In this document: piece by piece, positions 61,539 to 64,000 of the stretch
How the letters are laid out: each line of letters begins with the position of its first letter
Position numbering within the stretch: the first letter of the stretch is position 1
DNA from: Mustelus asterias
Lineage: Eukaryota
Length of the DNA: 64,000 nt
Direction: 5' to 3'
Assembly: GCF_964213995.1 (NCBI RefSeq)
Contig: NW_027590173.1
Location: 434,001-498,000, forward strand
Translations under genes and position numbers: made by a program
The notes under the pieces: model-generated
Databases searched by the model: none
The model's input: only the letters and a program-made list of their open reading frames with translations
Told to the model about the DNA's origin: nothing

Positions 61539-62753
61539 ACGAAAACTAGACGTGATAGGGACACAGCGTCTGCCTTTCCTGCTGTTTGATTGCTAGATTA
61601 AAAATGTGCCTCTGGAATCATTTCTGTTCTCGGAGACTGTAGAATTGTGAGAAGGAGCTGGGACATTCTTCCCTGTAACTCCTGTGGAGGAAATATCTGG
61701 TTTCTTCAAATATTTATCTGTGGAAACAAAGTACATTTAATATCTCAAATACAGATTCCGTCAGTTTAATCTCTATTAATAATCATTGTGAGCGATTTGC
61801 GAGGCTGCAGCCAGACTCTAGCTCTGATTGGACACTCTCATGTCAATCCAATTCTTCACCAATCGGAGAGCCAGGGAGGTTTTGATTGGTTCACATTTTC
61901 AAATTGGAAAAACCCGCCAATTTCAGTGCAGGAAAAATACAAAATAACGGAACGCCTGAATGTTCAGGAAACTATTTCAATCTCACGCTTTATAATTTGT
62001 TTATTGTATTTTCCCTCACAGAATCCTGGCGCTATTTTAGGAACAGTTTGAACTTCTCAATCTCTTATCTGTAACCGGCGGTAATCAGACCCCGTTCAGC
62101 AATTTAAAACGGAGCAAATCTCAGCTCAGTGGAAAAGCAGAAACATAGAGATCACCAACCAACTCCTTCACACAAGCTTCACAGGGACAGAGATAAACGG
62201 CTGATTTCTGATCCTCTCCCCTGAAAGCTGTCGGGAATGTTCCAATGGAAGGTGTGGAGAGAATTCCTGACTCAATCCCGCCGGTGGAACAGCCAGGTTT
62301 GTGCCCGGAGAATAGGGAGCGCCGGGGGGAGGCAGATCTTAAAGCGCTGCAATGAACTCAGGCGCTGCTTGTGCACAGATCTCGCTGATTCCGTCCTCTG
62401 GGAAAACTGCGGAAGAAACAGATCAGCCCGAGAATAACCTCTTCATTCCCGCCTTTACTCTGTTGCGGGAGCGGTGCCCAGATAACTCGAGTGAAAAAAA
62501 AAACCTTATTCTGAAACTGAATATAGTTATCATTAAATGTAAATAATTACGTCCTGATATTGTGCTGGGCCTCATTGTCCGTCACAAATCCCAGACTGGG
62601 GTTTAAAATCTGCTCTCAGTTCAGTTTGATTGTCCCTTCAATGTGAGAGTGTGTGTAAGGGGCGGATATGAAGTAACATTCACAGCATTCCGGAACGGGA
62701 CAAATCTCTATCCTCCAGAAAGAGATTTCTCATTAACTCAATAAGGGAAAAGA

Positions 62754-62826
62754 TGGTGCAGATTTTTCAGAGATTGTGGCTGGCTCTTAAAAGAGCCGTT
62801 GAGTTTGAGGTGTTTTTCAGCCATCA
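62754..62826 (-). pseudogene. Orphan H2B-type 3' UTR with an intact stem-loop (62782-62797) and no coding sequence
   Basis: Reverse complement ATGGCTGAAAAACACCTCAAACTCAACGGCTCTTTTAAGAGCCAGCCACAATCTCTGAAAAATCTG aligns to 11928-12000. Confidence 0.85.
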
Positions 62827-62984
62827 ATCTTTGATGCTGTTTCTCACTCTGGGGCAATTGTGTACCTGCATTTAAATAATTACCTCAGACATGGTGCTGG
62901 AAATGATATTTCTAACATATGTAAAATGTTCACCAATAAATAGCATAAATTTACATGCATTAAAACACCTGGGTCAATAATGTG

Positions 62985-63064
62985 GTAAGAAGTCTCACAA
63001 CACCAGGTTAAAGTGAGACTTCTTACCGTGTTCACCCCAGTCCAACGCCGGCATCTCCACATCA
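62985..63064. mobile_element. 80-bp minimal Penelope fold-back with an 11-bp TSD
   Basis: GTAAGAAGTCTCAC / GTGAGACTTCTTAC arms plus tail; TSD TCAATAATGTG at 62974-62984 and 63065-63075. Confidence 0.85.
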
Positions 63065-63186
63065 TCAATAATGTGCACAGGGCGAACGACGGATTGATAA
63101 AGCAAAGCGAGAAACAGCTCTACTGTGAATAGCAGTACACTGTCTCTGACGGTTAAACAGATCACCCTTTTTCAGATAAAGTGAGT

Positions 63187-63202
63187 GGCTCTGAAAAGAG
63201 CC
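63187..63202 (-). terminator. Histone 3' stem-loop (H2A)
   Basis: Reverse complement GGCTCTTTTCAGAGCC. Confidence 0.95.
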
Positions 63203-63232
63203 TTTGGGTTATCAGATTAAAGAATGGCCGCT

Positions 63233-63682
<450 letters not shown>

Positions 63683-63755
63683 TTATAGCTCTGGGAGGAA
63701 TGGAGGTGCGGACATTGCTGATTGGTCACTTTGTTGCTGCCTCTCAGCATCTTGT

Positions 63756-63912
63756 CCTCTTCTAAGGTCAAACCAAACCAAGTAAACAAACTCAGATTAA
63801 ATCAGGACACAGTAAAAGGGGGCAGCTCCCCAAAAAGGAGGGGGAACAGCCCGAACAGAAATCAAAGTACAAAGGAAACTTAAAAACATCAAATTAAAAT
63901 GTGATTATTAGG
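63756..63912. mobile_element. Unclassified 157-bp insertion in the H2A promoter with a 14-bp TSD
   Basis: TCTCAGCATCTTGT at 63742-63755 and 63913-63926; absent from the paralog at about 12935-12950. Confidence 0.85.
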
Positions 63913-64000
63913 TCTCAGCATCTTGTTCATATGACCAATCAGAAATCTGCTTAACGCACCAATCCGGAGAGCCCACGGAGTGAGGGCGGAAAATAACGTC

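Overview
Vertebrate DNA, very likely a cartilaginous fish (shark), judged from HE1/V-SINE-type SINEs, CR1/HER1-like LINEs and histone N-termini. The window is part of a replication-dependent histone/tRNA cluster: seven intronless histone genes (H2B, 3x H2A, H3.2-type, H4, a divergent H1), each with a 3' stem-loop. It also holds one apparently intact tRNA-Leu(UAA), one degenerate tRNA-Leu and one degenerate initiator tRNA-Met. About two-thirds (by eye) is retroelement: two near-full-length CR1 LINEs, many CR1 fragments, Rex1/Babar-like LINEs, Penelope-like elements carrying minimal hammerhead ribozymes, and SINEs. Three minisatellite blocks are present. A large inverted segmental duplication (about 12.9-19.6 kb vs about 54.5-64 kb) and paralogous blocks show histone-gene birth and death: a cleanly deleted H3 and an orphan H2B 3' end. 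Best novelty candidates: (i) a structured cassette with two U2 snRNA heads inside a Penelope fold-back; (ii) a double-ENE-like U-rich structure in a cassette acquired by a CR1 3' UTR; (iii) a size series of TSD-flanked fold-back Penelope elements; (iv) a tRNA-Leu plus LINE-tail unit that is absent from a third paralogous site. All alignments and folds were done by eye, repeat boundaries are approximate, and family names come from memory, not database searches.
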